Part shown: one piece after another, positions 11,923 to 25,789 of the stretch
Layout: each line of letters starts with the position of its first letter
Position numbering within the stretch: the stretch's first letter is position 1
From: Lama guanicoe
Taxonomy: Eukaryota
Reading direction: 5' to 3'
NCBI GenBank assembly: GCA_013239625.1
Contig: MU053561.1
Location: 3,178,283 to 3,242,282 of the forward strand
Length of the DNA stretch: 64,000 nt
Program-made: the position numbers and the translations under genes
The notes under the pieces: model-generated
The model's input: the letters and a program-made list of their open reading frames with translations, nothing else
Told to the model about the DNA's origin: nothing
Database searches by the model: none

Positions 11923-14584
11923 AAAAGGCATCTAGGAAACACCCATAGCTAATATTATACTTAATTTCAAAAATTGAAAGCTTTCCTCTAAGATGAGGAT
12001 GTCTATTCTCATGACTTCTATTCAACATTGTAATGAAAGTTTAAACAAGAGCAATTAGACAAGAAAAGGAAATAAAAGGTATCCAGACTGGAAGGCAGAA
12101 TTAAAACTATTTGTATACGTTATAATCTTCTATATAGAAAACCCAAGGAATACACAAAAATACTGTTCGAACTAATAAATGATATTGCAGGTATAACATC
12201 GAAACACAAATTGTGTATCTATATTGAATTATATTTCTAAACAGTAACAATGATCAATCCAAAAAAATGAAATTAAGAAAACAATTCTATTGAAAATAGC
12301 ATAAAAAAGATAAAATGCTTAGAAATAAATTTAACAAAAGGGGTGTCATATGTAAATAAATGGAAAGGCATCCTAGGTTCATGGACTGGAAGATGTAGTA
12401 CTGTTAAGACAGCAATACTCCCAAAATTGATCTGCAGAGTCATCCCAATCCTACTTAAGATCTCAAATACCTTTGTGGTGCTTTGTTTCTGCAAATGTGA
12501 ACAAATAAATTCTAAACTTCATATGGAAATGCAAAGGCAAGGCACTGACAATGGCCATAGTGATCTTGAAAAAGAAGAACAAAGTTGTAGCACTCACATT
12601 TCTCCATTTCAAAACTTACTACAGGGCTACACTAATTAACACAGTGTGGTACTGACATAAGTATAGACATATAGATCAGTGGAATAGAATTGAAAGTCCA
12701 GAAATAAACCTCCACAGTTATACTCAGTTGATTTTCCTCACAGTTGCTACGATAATTCAATGGGGAAAACACTAGTCTTTTCAAGAAATGGTACTGGAAC
12801 AACTGGATAGCCAAAAAATGAAGTTGGACCATTACCTCACACCATATACAAAGATTAACTCAACATGGGCTATAGATCTAAATGGGAGAACTAAAATTAT
12901 AGAAGTAAACATAAATAAATCTTCATGACCTTAAATCAGGCAACTATTTCTTGGACACAATTTCAAAAGAATAAACAATGAATGAAAAAATAGATAAATT
13001 GGATTTCATTAAAATGAAACTGTTGCTACGAAAAGCACAATCAAGAAGGTGCAAAGATAACTCACAGAATAGGAGAAGATATCTGCAAATCATTTACCTG
13101 GCAAGGGATCTGTATCTAGAATATATAAAGAAGCCTTACAGTTTAATAACATAAAGACAAACGTCTTCATTAAAAATGGGCAAAGCATTTGAATAGACAA
13201 TTCTCCAAAAATATATACAAATGGCCAGTAAGTACATGAAAAAATTCTCAGCATCATTAGTCATTAGGGAAATGCAAATCAAAACCACAAAATACCACTT
13301 TACACCCGCTATGATCCATGTAATAAAAGGACATAAAGTTACTTTTGCTGGTAAGAATCAGGAAAAAGTAGAGCCCTTGCACACTGCTGATTGGAGCGTA
13401 ACTGTGGAAAACAGTTTGGCAGTTCCTCAAGAAGAGAAACATAGGGTTACCATATGACCCAGAAATTTCACTCCCCACCAAATTGAAACACAACCACACA
13501 AAAACCTGTACATAAATGTTCATAGCAACCTTTTTCATAATATCCAAAAGTAGAAACAACTCAAATGGTAATCAGTTCATTAATTAATAAACTAAATATA
13601 TGGTCTACCCATAATGGAATATTATTTGGCAATAAAAAGGAATGAAGGACAAATACATGCTAACAACATGGAAAAACCTGGAAAACATTATGCTAAGTGA
13701 AACAAGCCATTCAAAAAAGACCACATATTATATGAGTTCATTTGTGTGAAAAGTCTAGAACAGGCAAATCTATTGAGACTGAAAATAGATTCTTGGTTGC
13801 CTAGGACTAGGGATGGGCTAGGAGGATTAGCAGGTACTGATGAATGATTTCTAATGGATATGGTATTTCCTTTTGGGGTGATGAAAGTATTCTAAAATTG
13901 ATTGTGGTGATGGCTGAAAAACTCTGTAAACATACTAAAAGTCATTGAATTATAAACTTTTCTTAACTAAAATAAAGCTTTTAATTAATAAAAAGTAGAA
14001 CCAAAAGGCAGAAGTCAAAAACTTACGTTATTTCATTTTGAGAAAGAACTTTCCAGTAACCAGATCTACCTACAAATAGAATGAGCTGTCTCTGAGTTGG
14101 CAAGCTCTCTGTGTGTAAGCAATAAGTATTTAGGTAGAAGTTGACTATTATCAGTTAAGAATTTCAACTCTTCCTTTCCATATGTACATGATCCTGGAGC
14201 TGGCTACATAGCCCCTCACCCAAAGAAGCCTCATACCCAAAAAAGGTGTGGCCAGGATGTCTCTAGTCTTTGTTTCAACCAAAGCTCTAGAAACTCAGTC
14301 TCACTGGAGAATTCTGGGAGATGATACAGATCACGCCTCAGAGTTATTCCAACTTAAGGATGAAGAATTTGGGTTGTTGATCTACCAATCTCATTTCCAT
14401 CACTGGTTGAGGGCTTTTCTGGGGCATTAACTCTTTGGCAATTCCAGTTTGTCCTGTGTATGGGCTGAAGCTATTCCTGAAGGCAGAACACGCAGGGAGT
14501 TGCAGGTGTTCGTATTAATAGACTTCAGGTAGAGAGTGCATGTCAGAGGCCAGCATCTGCTGCAACACCCCAGGGTCTAACCAC

Positions 14585-14885
14585 AGCCCAGATGTCTGTT
14601 CTGGGCCCTAGATCCATAAAAGCAACTCATCACTAGATTTCTCCACCTGGATCCACGCACAGGGAGCTAGGACTCCAGTGGGGAGTGAAACAGCCCTGGT
14701 CTCTACCTCTTACTCTCCAAGGGCATCTAAGCTCAACTTGCCCAACACTGGAATCACTGCTGCCTCCTCCACTCCGTTCCTCTATCTGTATTTCCCGTCT
14801 ATGTAGATGACCCAGAGATCCTTGGCTTTTCTTTAACCCCAACATTCAATCATCACCACGCTTGCCAGAGCCATCTCCCACCTTT
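14585..14885 (+). mobile_element. L2 fragment
   Basis: atttctccacctggat, gggcatctaagctcaacttgcccaac, aaccccaacattcaatcatcacca. Confidence 0.55.
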
Positions 14886-15164
14886 CTGGACTTTTCTCAA
14901 TCAGCTTTTTACAATGCATTATTTGTTTAAATGGGAATGAAACCAAGTAAGGAAGGGGCCTTGATGATTTTCTTGGTGAGTTTCTGTGGCTGAGGGATTG
15001 CTGTTGTTGCCTTTGTTCTTCTGCCCTGCTAGCTGCAAGCCTCCTGAGTGCAGGCACCACGCCTCACACTTTTTCTAGCCTCTCAGCTCTGAGTGTGGGG
15101 CTGGGTACCAATCCCAATAATGCTGTGCAGGCTGGTGTGCTCTTAGCAGGTCATCTGACTCATC

Positions 15165-15420
15165 AGGCAGAGCCCTGCAGTGGCCTGGACCCACAATCCT
15201 TTCAGGGCCCATGAAAATGTTTTAATTTTTTTTAATCAGAAAAAAAGATGAACAGAGCATAATAAAAGTAATGAATGTACAGAATGAATTCAGCCTGGTT
15301 TATACTCATTTTCAGACCAGTAGAATTGTAAAATACAGTTGTTAATCTTTTTTCTTTCCTTTGGTGGACAAAGGGGCCCAGGATGGCAAAGGGGCCCACG
15401 AGAGGGATAATACAGCCTTA
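15165..15420. mobile_element. Probable hAT-Tip100-type non-autonomous DNA transposon fossil
   Basis: cagggcccatgaaaatgtttt and gggcccaggatggcaaaggggcccacgag end motifs; family uncertain. Confidence 0.4.
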
Positions 15421-16329
15421 GTTCTCCGGTCAGTTAGCATCACCTTCTCACCACGAAGTTGGAAGTTTCTGGGCTCGCCAGGGGGCTGCTGTACTGTTGT
15501 TCCTTTTTATTTATGCTTGAAAGAACAGCTCAGAGAACTGTGTATTCTGCCTTGTCCTACCTCCCTTTAAGACTCTAGGACAAAAATAGCCCCAAGGCAT
15601 TTTAGACTGGCTGAACTGCAGATAAGTTTAAATTTAAGAGGCTCTCAACTTCAAACATGGGAGATAAGATGAAAAAAAAAAAATCCAGACAGTCTACTTT
15701 AGTTCCATCCCAATCAAACTTTTATTTCAAAGAACTATTTAAAGGACCTGACATATGTGAAACACAAAACTCTTTTTTTAAACCTTCAGGGATATGACAA
15801 AGAGCCTGAAATGAGACCTTCTCCTTCCCACAGCCTTAGATACCCTGTGAGCGCCAAGGTATGGGCCGTGCGGGGAGGACAGCTCTGCTCTGCCTGCTCG
15901 AAGGCCATCTGCGATCCAAATTGTGTGTTTCCTGGACTCCCTGCAAGTTGCAAGCATTTGCCTAGCAAATCAGGTTAAAATGAACAAAAGCAGCCTTGAA
16001 GGGGGATGTCTCAGAGGACACTGGGGGCCAAGGGGTGTGTGGAATGTGTGGTGGGTAAGGATGGGTGGAGCAGGTTGGGAGGCAGAAAGCCGTTGCTAGG
16101 TAACAGCAGCCCTGGTGCCTTTGTAAATGTGGATATATTTTGTTTGAAGCAGCAGCTGGCAGCCACCACCTTCTTTTCTCTCCCTCCTCCTATTTATGCC
16201 CAGACCTGAGCCATAGCTCTCAGAGAGGTCCTGGGAAGTTGGAGCAGGGGAACTGCTTGGGGCAATAGAAGAAATGTGTGCATGAAAAGGCAAATGACTT
16301 TACAGCAGAGCAGAGACCTGGATGTTTAC

Positions 16330-17100
16330 ACTTCCTAAGCAAGATCTTAGGCGAGTTAATTTAATCTGTCATTCAGGTTCCTCAGTTATAAAACTGGGGA
16401 CATCAGTCTCTGGCAGGAATGCGGTGGGATTAGAGAAAGTGCATGCAGAGGACCCAGTCCAGTACCTGGCCCATAGCAGATGCTCAGTAATTGGTAGCAG
16501 GTGTGAGAGCATGGGCTCAGGCATCAGACTGCCTGTGCCCTCACCCCAGCTCTGCCACTTATTAGCTGTGTGACCTCAGGCGTGCTTCTTAACATTTTAG
16601 TGCCTTCTTTATTTTTTCTTTTTTCCATCTGTGAAACGGGATAATAATAGTGCTTACTTAACAGGGTTGTTTTGAGGATTAAATGCATCAACAATGCAAA
16701 GTGTTTAGAATAGCGCCCGGCACATAGTAAGCATTCAGTCTGTGTCAGTGATGACTTGTAATACTGTATGTCGTGGTTCTGAGTGCATCTGCAGACCAAG
16801 TGCAAATTTGCAGGAGCTTGTTTTTAAGGGGGTTTTGATTTTGGTTGGCAAAGACTGAGGAAGAGGTTGTGACTTTGGTACCTTGAGAGCCGTATATGTG
16901 TTAATTATGCAAGGACTTTCACTGAGTCCAGACTCTGATAATCTGTGTGACCTTGGGCGAGCTACTTAAGCTATTTTAGCTCTAAGGGACCATTTTGTGA
17001 AACAGGTAGAATAAGGATGCCTATCCCATCTGGTGGGGATGAGGATTAAATGAGGTAACTTGTCGGGTGCTTAGCATAATGCTGCTTAGAGTAAGCAGTA
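16330..17100 (+). mobile_element. Cluster of three MIR fragments (best preserved 16500-16750)
   Basis: ccagctctgccacttattagctgtgtgacctcagg...catctgtgaaacggggataataatagt...gaggattaaatg. Confidence 0.8.
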
Positions 17101-18192
17101 CAAACCTGGCGGCTGATACCATGTCTAGAAATAAAGACAAAGAAGAGAGGGAGCAGCATGGGGCTACTGTCCATTTGAACTGAGCCATGTTAGGAAGGAG
17201 CTGCAGAAGGAGGCTGAACAAACTGTTTCTGCTGGGCTCTGTCTTTCAGGGATGGGATGGGTGAACAGAGGCACCAGGCAAGCTGCTCTGGCCTCCAAGT
17301 AACCAAGGGTGACCTAGATCAGGAGACACATCCTTCCTTCTTCAGTGTGGACTGCCACAGCTGGCCATGTGAGGACTGTGAGTGTTAAGACTCATAGTAG
17401 GTTTATGGAAAACTGAATTCTTAGTTCAAAAGTTTGAGCTTTTTCCTAGAGACAATCTGGGCATGAGAAGGCAGCACTCTTGGTCCAGATGTTGGAGTTC
17501 TCAGAGTGTGAGGGGTTTCAGGAACAGGGGCGAAGCTCTCCAAAAGGAAGACCTGAGGGAGGGGTCCTGAGAAGAAGCTGTATGCTGATGGGGTCCATAT
17601 AAGCAGGTGGGGACCAAAGTCTTGGAATTATGATGACTATAATTAGAGCCCCATCTGGTGAAACAGGATCATCTAGGTGACATGTGCTGAGGAGATGCTC
17701 TGAGAGGAAAGAGGAAGAAACCTCACGAAAAACTTGGGCTATTTTGCATAATTTCAGGAATAAACTTGGACTTTATAAAAGAATGGACTAAAACAAGTGG
17801 AGAAGAAACAGCAGTCCTCTATACTTCTATAGATGGGGGATACCCAAGAAAAGACCCAACTGGAGTGATGAGCTGGAGTGATGAGTTTACTTATTTTGGG
17901 GTGATGAGTAGAGGTAGGTTTATGGAAAACTTTAAATTCTGAGCTCAAAAATTTGAGATTTTTTTCTTAGACACAATGGAATATGTTGAATATTTTTGAG
18001 CAGGAGGATGACAGGAAGGAGGTCATTGTTCAAAGAAACACGGAGGGAAATATAACTGGTATCAGAAGACCTGGGTTTGAATCTTGACTCATCATTGCCT
18101 TGTAAGGATGGACAAGCATTAACTTTCCTGAGACATAAGATGATGGTAATAGTACATTCTTCTGGTGTAGTTAGGATCAAATAATGATGTGA

Positions 18193-19282
18193 TTTGACAC
18201 CAAAAGCAGAGGCAACAAAAGCAGAAATAAACAAGTGGGAGTACACCAAACTAAAAAGCTTCTGCACAGCAAAAGAAACCATCAACAAAATGAAAAAGCA
18301 ACCAACTGGACGAGACAAAAAAGTTTCAAATCACATATCTAATGAGGAGTTAATATTGAAAATATATAAAGAACTCATTCAACTCAAAAGCCAAAACACA
18401 AACAATCTGGTTAAAATATGGGTAGATCTGAACAGACATCTTTTCAAAGAAGGCATACAGATGGCCAACAGGTCCATGAAAAGATGCTCGACATTAATAA
18501 TCACCAGGGAAATGCACATCAAAACCACAATGTGATATCACTTCACACCTTTTAGAATGGCTGTTATAAAAAAGGTAAGATATAACAAGTGTTGGTGAGG
18601 ATATGGAGAAAAGGGAAGACTTGTGCATCACTGGTGGGAATGTAAATTGGTGCAGCCACTGTGGAAAATGGTATGGAGGTTCCTCAAAAAATTAAAAGTA
18701 GAATGACCGTATGATCCAGTACTTCCATTTCTGGGTATTTATCTGAAGAAAATGAAAATATTAACTTGGAAAAATATATGCACCTCCATGTTCATTGAAG
18801 TGTCATTTACCACAGTCAAGATATGGAAACAATCTAAGTGTTCATGGATGGATGAATGGATAAAGAAAACATGAAAACATATAGATATATACACATGTAT
18901 ATTTACACACACAATGGAATATTATTCAGCTGTAATAAAGGAATGAAATCTTGCCATTTGTGACAACATGGATGAAACTTGAGGGCATTAGGCTAAGTGA
19001 AATGAGTCAGACAGAGAAAGATAAATACTGTATGATCTCACTTGTATTGGAAATCATAAATAAATAAATAAACCCAAGCTTGGAGTTACAGAGAACAGAC
19101 TGGTAATTGCCAGAGGTGGGGGGTAGATGGTGGGTGAAATGGCTGAAGGGATCAAAAAGCACAAACTTCCAGTTACAAGATAAAGAAGTCCTGTAACACA
19201 TAGTATGGTGACTATAGTTAATGATCCTGCATTGCATATTTGACAGTTGTTAAGGGAATAGGTCTCTTAAAAAAAAAAAAAA
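18193..19282 (+). mobile_element. L1 3' end (L1MA-like) with poly(A), inserted in a MIR (18050-19300)
   Basis: ORF 18194-18535 is L1 ORF2 C-terminus ([23 protein letters not shown]); poly(A) at 19269-19282; MIR-like sequence resumes after it. Confidence 0.9.
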
Positions 19283-19721
19283 CAGAGTGTGAAAGCCCTC
19301 TGTGACTGTCTTCTCCCAGATTCACCTTTTTATTTCTTGACTCAGCTTCCTGAAGTGCACCCGCCCTCAGCTTCGAAAGCACCTTGTACATTGGCACCAG
19401 CCAGGCAACTCTCGACTGCAAAAACCAAATATCCGTTGAACTCTTTCCAGCAATCTCAAACTATCTTGAACAATAAGGAAGCTGGCACCCATAATCAGAA
19501 GTCTAAAGGTAAGGTAGATTTCAGGGTTGGCTGCAGCATCCCTGGGACTCAATCTGTACACAATAATGTCTACAGGCAGAGAAACAGGGTTACATCTAGT
19601 GACATTTCTTGATGGATGAAATTTTCTTAGAATTTCCCCCAAAACCTCTTTTTTCAGTTCATTTTCCCAAAGTGATCACATACCTATTCTTGAACCAATT
19701 GTTAGCAGGGTGGGTGAGCTT

Positions 19722-19950
19722 ACAAGGTTCTCAGCTGGGTGTGACTTTGCTCCCCACCTGCCCATGCCCAGGACATTTAACAATATCTGGAGACATATTT
19801 GATGGTCACTGCTGGGAGTCAGAGGAGTGTGTGTCACTGGCAAATAGTAGGTAGAAGCCAAGGATGCTTCTACACACCTTACAATGCACAGACCATTCCC
19901 CCACAATAAAATTATCCAGGCCAAGATGTCAGTTGTACCAAAATCAAGAA
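19722..19950 (+). mobile_element. MER20-like hAT-Charlie DNA transposon
   Basis: ggttctcagctggg...caatatctggagacatatttgatggtcact...ggtagaagccaaggatgct...ccttacaatgcacag. Confidence 0.8.
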
Positions 19951-20139
19951 AGCCTGACTTAGATGAATCAGCCCACACTTGCACAGGTAGTGGTGGTGAG
20001 TGTATGTATGGACGAGCAGTGAACAAAACTGAGATGTACTTCGGAAAGAGAAGGCGGAAAATCGGTCCAGAGTCAACAACCAACCACAAACATGGCAGAT
20101 TTGCCCCATCTGATCTCATTGTGTGGCTGCTGTTTATTT

Positions 20140-20640
20140 ATCTCGTGTTAGTTGTTTCTATTGTTGAATAACAAATTGGCACAAGCTTAGTGTTTTACAA
20201 CAACACAGATTTGTTACCTCAGTTTCTGCAGATCAGAAGTCTGGGTGTCATGGGGCTGGATGCTCTTCTCAGGTTCTCACTGGGCTGAAATCAAAGTGTT
20301 GATTGGGGCTGTGGGTCTCCTCTGGGGTCCTCTTCCAGGCTGAGTCTTGTGGTTGAATTCATCTCCTAGAGGATGTAAGACTCTGTTTCTTTGCTGGCTT
20401 TTCAGCTGGGTACCAAGCTTAGCTCCCAGAAGCCACACACACTCCTTACCATGTGGCCCCCCTCTATCTTTAAGCCAGCAAAGTGCATCAAACCCTTCTT
20501 CTCATGCTTTGAGCCTCTGACTTACTCTTCTGCTATCAGCCACAGAAAACTCTCTGCTTTTAAATTGCTCATGTGATTAGGTCAGGTCCACCCAGATAAT
20601 CTGTATTAAAGTTAGCTGATCTGGAACTTTGACTACATTG
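20140..20640 (-). mobile_element. MaLR LTR (MLT1-like)
   Basis: cagtttctgcagatcagaagtctgg, ggctgaaatcaaagtgtt, gtgattaggtcaggtccacccagataatc. Confidence 0.75.
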
Positions 20641-20979
20641 ACCAAATCCCATCACATCAGCACCTGTATTAGTGTTTGGATAAATAACTGAAAAATATGT
20701 GTGTCCCAAGCATGTTTGTGTTCATGGCTTTTAGCAGAGTACCTGGCAAATATTTTTTTCTCAATAAATATTGTTTGAATCACTAAAGAAAAGAGTAAAA
20801 TAAACTCACTTCCTTTTTTTTTGATAGAATTACTAGATTGGTCACTCAGGGGCATATTATAAAAAGAGAACTGTATAATCTTGGAGTTAGAAGGGACACA
20901 TGATATAGGAATCTGTCAATCATTCTAGGAATCTACATATTCACAGCGTACAGTTCATCAGATCAAGATCTCCCCAGTT

Positions 20980-21480
20980 CTGAGCACTCCCTATTCTTTA
21001 CAATGCAGATTAATTTTCTGCATTGCCTTTTTGGCAGAATTGGCAAACTGCTGACTCATATTAAGCTTGTAGTTTGCTTAAAGCTTTCCTGCATTAACTG
21101 GTATTGTGCTGGGTCTCAATTTTTTTTGCACTTGTGCAGATTTTATGCCACTTCCTTCCCACTCATTTTTATGCCATGGGTTTTGGCCTGTCATTTCAAT
21201 CTGTTGGAGACCTTTGGGAATTCTGATTTTATTATTCAGTTTCTTGGCTCTCCTGTCTAACTTTATAATACTTGAAAATATAATAAGCACATTTTTATTT
21301 GCCTTTGTCCACATAGTTTATGAAAAAGTTGAATGAGACAGGGCCAAATACAAAGCCCCGAGGCACTTTACTTCTATTAAGTTCACAGCACTGATTTAAT
21401 CAGCACCATTTGCATAAGGGTTGCTCTACCTGTGATGAATCAACTCTTATTTCTCCATCATATTTACATATTACCAAAGA
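20980..21480 (-). mobile_element. L3/CR1 LINE fragment
   Basis: ctgctgactcatattaagcttgt, aagttgaatgagacagggccaaatacaaagccccgaggcac. Confidence 0.55.
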
Positions 21481-22189
21481 GTTGCACATTTGGGTAAACC
21501 TACATTATACAGTATACATTCAAATATATGCCTAAGAATACAATACACATCTTTTGCAATCAGGCACATCTACATATCAGAAAATTCTCTTCCAAATTCT
21601 CAGATACGCTGTACCTTGGAGTGATTCATTTTGTTTTTGCGTAGAAATAGATGTCTTTTAACCCCCAGATGTTATCGATTGCCTTCTAACATTTTCTCAG
21701 TAACAGGTGAGTCCTGTAGCCTTCATGCTGATCTACAAGCTGGCAAGCATTTCCACTTCCTCGTCTCCACCACTTACGGGAATTTCCTCTTGGGAGAAGA
21801 GATGATTGTCTCGACTTGTGAAGATTCAAGGCTGGGCTGCGGGGTGGGAACAAATGACATGATCCTTTGCTGAAGGGATTCTTTTTGAGGCACCTGATTA
21901 TCCCCAATGTTTTTGGCTTTGATCAATTATTGACATGTGCAGTCTTCTAAGCTCTTCTTAATCATCACATTTTAGAGGCATCAAAATTCCCTTGTTCACA
22001 GGAGCAGGTTGGGGCTCTGTGAACTGGAGTTTCCTATTAGAGCACATGGTTTCCTCTGGATGAAGGATTGGGTGCTCCAGGACCCCTAAATTCACCAGTA
22101 GTGCTCTAGGGATGGAGTTACACTTTACAAGTTCTTAGAAGGTCTATGAACTTAGACAGGGAGGGGAGATTGAGGGGGGAAATTTTAAT

Positions 22190-22705
22190 TGTGGTAGTAA
22201 GTCTTCAAGACAGCCCTCAATGATCTCTGATTTCTGATATCCATATTCTAGTCTAGTCTCCCACCACATTGTACCAAGGTCAGTCTACATGGCCAATAGA
22301 CTAGAGCAGAAGGGAGAGTATGTTGCTTCTAAGATGAGGGTATAAAAGTCATTACAGTTTCCATCTTAGCCAGTCACGCTAGGGGAAGCCAGTTGCCATA
22401 TGCCCACAAAAAGGCCTGTGTAATAAAGAATTGAGCCTCTGACCATAGCCAGTGAGAAACTAAATTCTCTTGCTAACAGCTACTTGAGGGACGTAGAAGT
22501 GGATCCTCCAGTCCCAGTCAAGCCTTCAGATGATTACAGCCCTGGCCAATATCTTAATTACAACCTCATGAGAAACCCTGACCGGAAGCATCCAGCCAAG
22601 ACACTCTTGGGTTCCTGATCCTCAGAAACTATATAATACATTTTGGTTATTTTGAGATGGTAAAATATGAGGTAATTTGTTATGCAGCAGTAGAAAACTT
22701 ATATA
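22190..22705 (+). mobile_element. MaLR LTR (MLT1F/G-like)
   Basis: gaagtggatcctccagtcccagtcaagccttcagatgattacagccc, ending gtaatttgttatgcagcagtagaaaacttatatac. Confidence 0.8.
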
Positions 22706-22949
22706 CTAGGCGATGCTGAATATGATGATTGGGTTCCCTTAAGGGAAATGAATAAAATGCTAAATTCCCTAAAAAGAATGAAAGACTAGTTAATGAATTT
22801 CTAAGATGAGAACTGGAGGATATTGCAATGAAACTTACATAGATAGGCCTTTTATCATTTTCTTTAAATGTCAAAAATTCAATTATTACATGTTTTAATT
22901 CTAAAACTTACATTTGGATCTTCTATATATTTTGCTTTGCTGCCAGGGG

Positions 22950-24600
22950 TTTCTCTTTCTATTCATTTCAAGAATGTAGTCCTTTACTTCTTGGAATATT
23001 TTATAATTCCTGCTTTAAAGTCCTTGTCAGAAAATTCCAACATCTGCATCACCTTAGTGCAGGAATCTGCTGATTGTCTATTTTCAGGTGAATTGATATT
23101 TGATGGTTCTTCACATGCTGAGGGTGGAAGGTAGAATAAACTTGGAGATGTCCACATCTTAATTTCCAGAATCTGTGAATACATTATATTATGTGGCAAA
23201 AGGAATTAAGGTTGCAGGAGCAATTAAGATTGCTTATCAGGTGTGGGTCTTGAGATGGGGAGATATATTGGTGGAACATATAATCATGAGCACTCTTAAA
23301 AGCAGAGAATGTTTCCTGGTTCTGATCAGAAAGAGAGGTGGCAATGGAAGAAGGGTCAAGAAGATGCTATGTTTCTTGCTTTGAAGTTGGAGGAAGGGGT
23401 CCATGAGCCAAGGAATGAGGGCAGTCTCTCGAAGCTGGAAAAGGCAAGGAAACAATTCTCCCAAAGAACCTCCAAAGGGAGTCAGCCCTCCCCACACCAG
23501 GACTTTAGCCCAGTGAAACTGATTTTGGACTTCTGACAGATAGAACTTAAAAAAAAACCCCAAATGTATTATTTTAAGCCACTAAGTTTGGAGTCATTTG
23601 TTGTAGCAGCAGTGGTTTTCTAATACACTGAGTAATATTGGATTGTATCTTGGATATTTTGAATATTATGTTTTGAGACCCTGGTTTTTATTTACATCTT
23701 ACATAAAGGATAATATTTATACTTTAATAGGGTATCAACCCAGATGGATTCAGGCTGAAAATTCTGCCAGCCTCCTATAAGCTGTAGTTTCAATAACAGA
23801 TTTGTTTTCACTGCCTTTGCAGCTACTTAGTTTTTCTCCACGTGTGTAGCACTGGGGTGGGGGGAGGTTATTCTGGGACCTGGGCGGTGGTCTACCCCTT
23901 AGATCTGTCCTCATTGTCTTTGGTGTGCTGATTACGAGCAGATCCGCATCCATACAGCACAGGACTGAGCCCGAGTTTATGAACAGCATTATGGGGCCAC
24001 TTGCCCCCGAGTTCCTCCCTTTTTGCGGTCTCCCTAGTACCTTCCCACACCCTGTGGTCCCCCTTGTCCACCCTCCGGACAGAAAGCTAGTGCTCTGTCT
24101 CCCTTGCTGTGCTGCACCCCTCCCGTGACTGCGCCCATATTAGGGGCCAGGTGGTGGGAGAAGTGAGAGGAGGGAAGAAATGGATTTCTCCCATTCTCTT
24201 GGGAAAACAGCTTCTCTGAACAGAGAGGCAGGGTCCCCTGTGGGCTCCGCTGCTGCCACTCTCACTGCCATTGCTGTGATTGCCTGGGTGTTGAGGCATG
24301 GGAGACTGGAGAAAAGAACAAAAAAGAACAGGGGATTTCCCTACTGTCTCTGAGTGTCAACTGCCCCTGGAGCCAGGACAAGACGGGGTGCTTTCCATCC
24401 ACACCTGCTGTTCATTTCCAGACTGGGGGCTGCCTCGCATCCAAACTCGGGACGTGGAGGACAAGTAGAAAGCTCACAACTGTTTCAGTGGCACGTCGAA
24501 TTCTGGTCTTCCTCCCCAGGCCCCCTGCCACCGTTTACCCTTCAGGGTCCTTATATAGGCTGTTGCATACTTCCTGTCCAGGTCTGACAGCTGCATTCAG
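22950..24600 (-). mobile_element. Ancient L1 5'/ORF1-region fragment interrupted by an MLT1
   Basis: Minus-strand peptide QMLEFSDKDFKAGIIK resembles old L1 ORF1 starts; right boundary uncertain. Confidence 0.5.
23122..23627 (+). mobile_element. MaLR solo LTR (MLT1D-like)
   Basis: gatgtccacatcttaatttccagaatctgtgaat, gagccaaggaatgagggcagtctctcgaagctggaaaaggcaaggaaac, ending taataca. Confidence 0.85.
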
Positions 24601-25789
24601 CGGGAAAGGCAAGGTGGAATGTGTTTACTTCATTTCATCCAGAACTGGATCCTCTGCCTCTTCCCTTGACATCTGCAGACACTGACATTTCCCCTCAGGG
24701 GTTCCGGTCACCTGACAGCTCCCCTTTTCCCTGCTTCATTGAGAACAGACCACAGCCAGACATAAATCAACCACGGTGAAGCAACATTCTTCAGGACAAC
24801 ACTTAACCTGTTCTCGCCTACTCTGTGTTCTAGGGCTTTTATTGGAAGACATATAGAGGTCAAACTCAGTCTAGACAGCCATCCTTCAAGAAGTCCAGAG
24901 AGACAGTTTAGTGCAGTGTTTTAGTCTGTGCTTCAGATGCACAAAAGGATCAGTTGAGAATGATGGAATCCTCCCAGTGAAACAAGAACCAGGGAAGAAT
25001 TTCACTACATCTTAACATTTTGGCATGTTCCCTACAACAAACTATTGCATTCTAATATAAACTAGCTCCTTCTCGCTGGAGGCGCGGTGGAACTCTTCAG
25101 ATGGTGTGGCCGAGAGAATGCGTGTGAATTCATCCCCTTGCCCAGCTGTGTGCGTGTGCCTGCCTGCCAGGCGGTTTTCTCATACTAGTTTCCTTGTGGT
25201 CTTTTGGGAAAGTTCGAAGTCACTGCTTGTGTTCCAAGTTCATCTGTCGAATTGCAAGGAAGTGTTTCACCTTTGCTCTGCACTCTAAGAAAGCCTGGTG
25301 CTTACTTTACATACTTACTTTACATATCTGCTTTTTCCTTGTTTGCTTAATATTGCAGCTTGGTTTCCCAGCTTGAGCAATTTGTGGGCTGACTACCTTT
25401 GTCTTCTGCCCTTTTGTTGGTGATTGGACTGTGGCATAGTAATGGGTTTAACTCCTTTTCATAGGAAAAAATAGCTTCTGAACTAAAAACAGAAGACTCT
25501 CGTTGGGTCAGGAGACTTCTGTGCAGGAAACACCCCTGCTGGATCACTTCTCATCCGATTACCATGTTGGCCAGTGCTCGCCAAACATTAATATACATAT
25601 AAATCACCTGAGGATCGCATTCAACTAGAGACTCTGACTTTGTCAGTCTGGGATGGGGATTGAGATCTTGCCCTTCACCTGGGACACTGATGCTGTCGGG
25701 TCTGCTGACAGCATGTTTGCAGCGATGTAGCCACACGGGGCAATCCAAGAGCATTTATCGTGAGGATGTCCTGTAGTTGAAGACTCGTT

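Larger units (their letters stand above)
8930..13990 (+). mobile_element. Old L1 (L1M/L1MB-like) spanning ORF2 (EN, RT) to the 3'UTR, disrupted, with nested SINE and younger L1
   Basis: ORF track gives L1 ORF2 peptides (LGHKTRHNKSKRIEIIQNMFS, NKWKGILGSWTGR..VKTAILPKLI, SLVIREMQIKTT); many stops and frameshifts. Confidence 0.9.

Noticed and set aside
25301..25326. Short tandem duplications (also 17861-17885, 55307-55330) and (AAT/AAC)n runs at 34330 and 60445
   Set aside because: Ordinary slippage products
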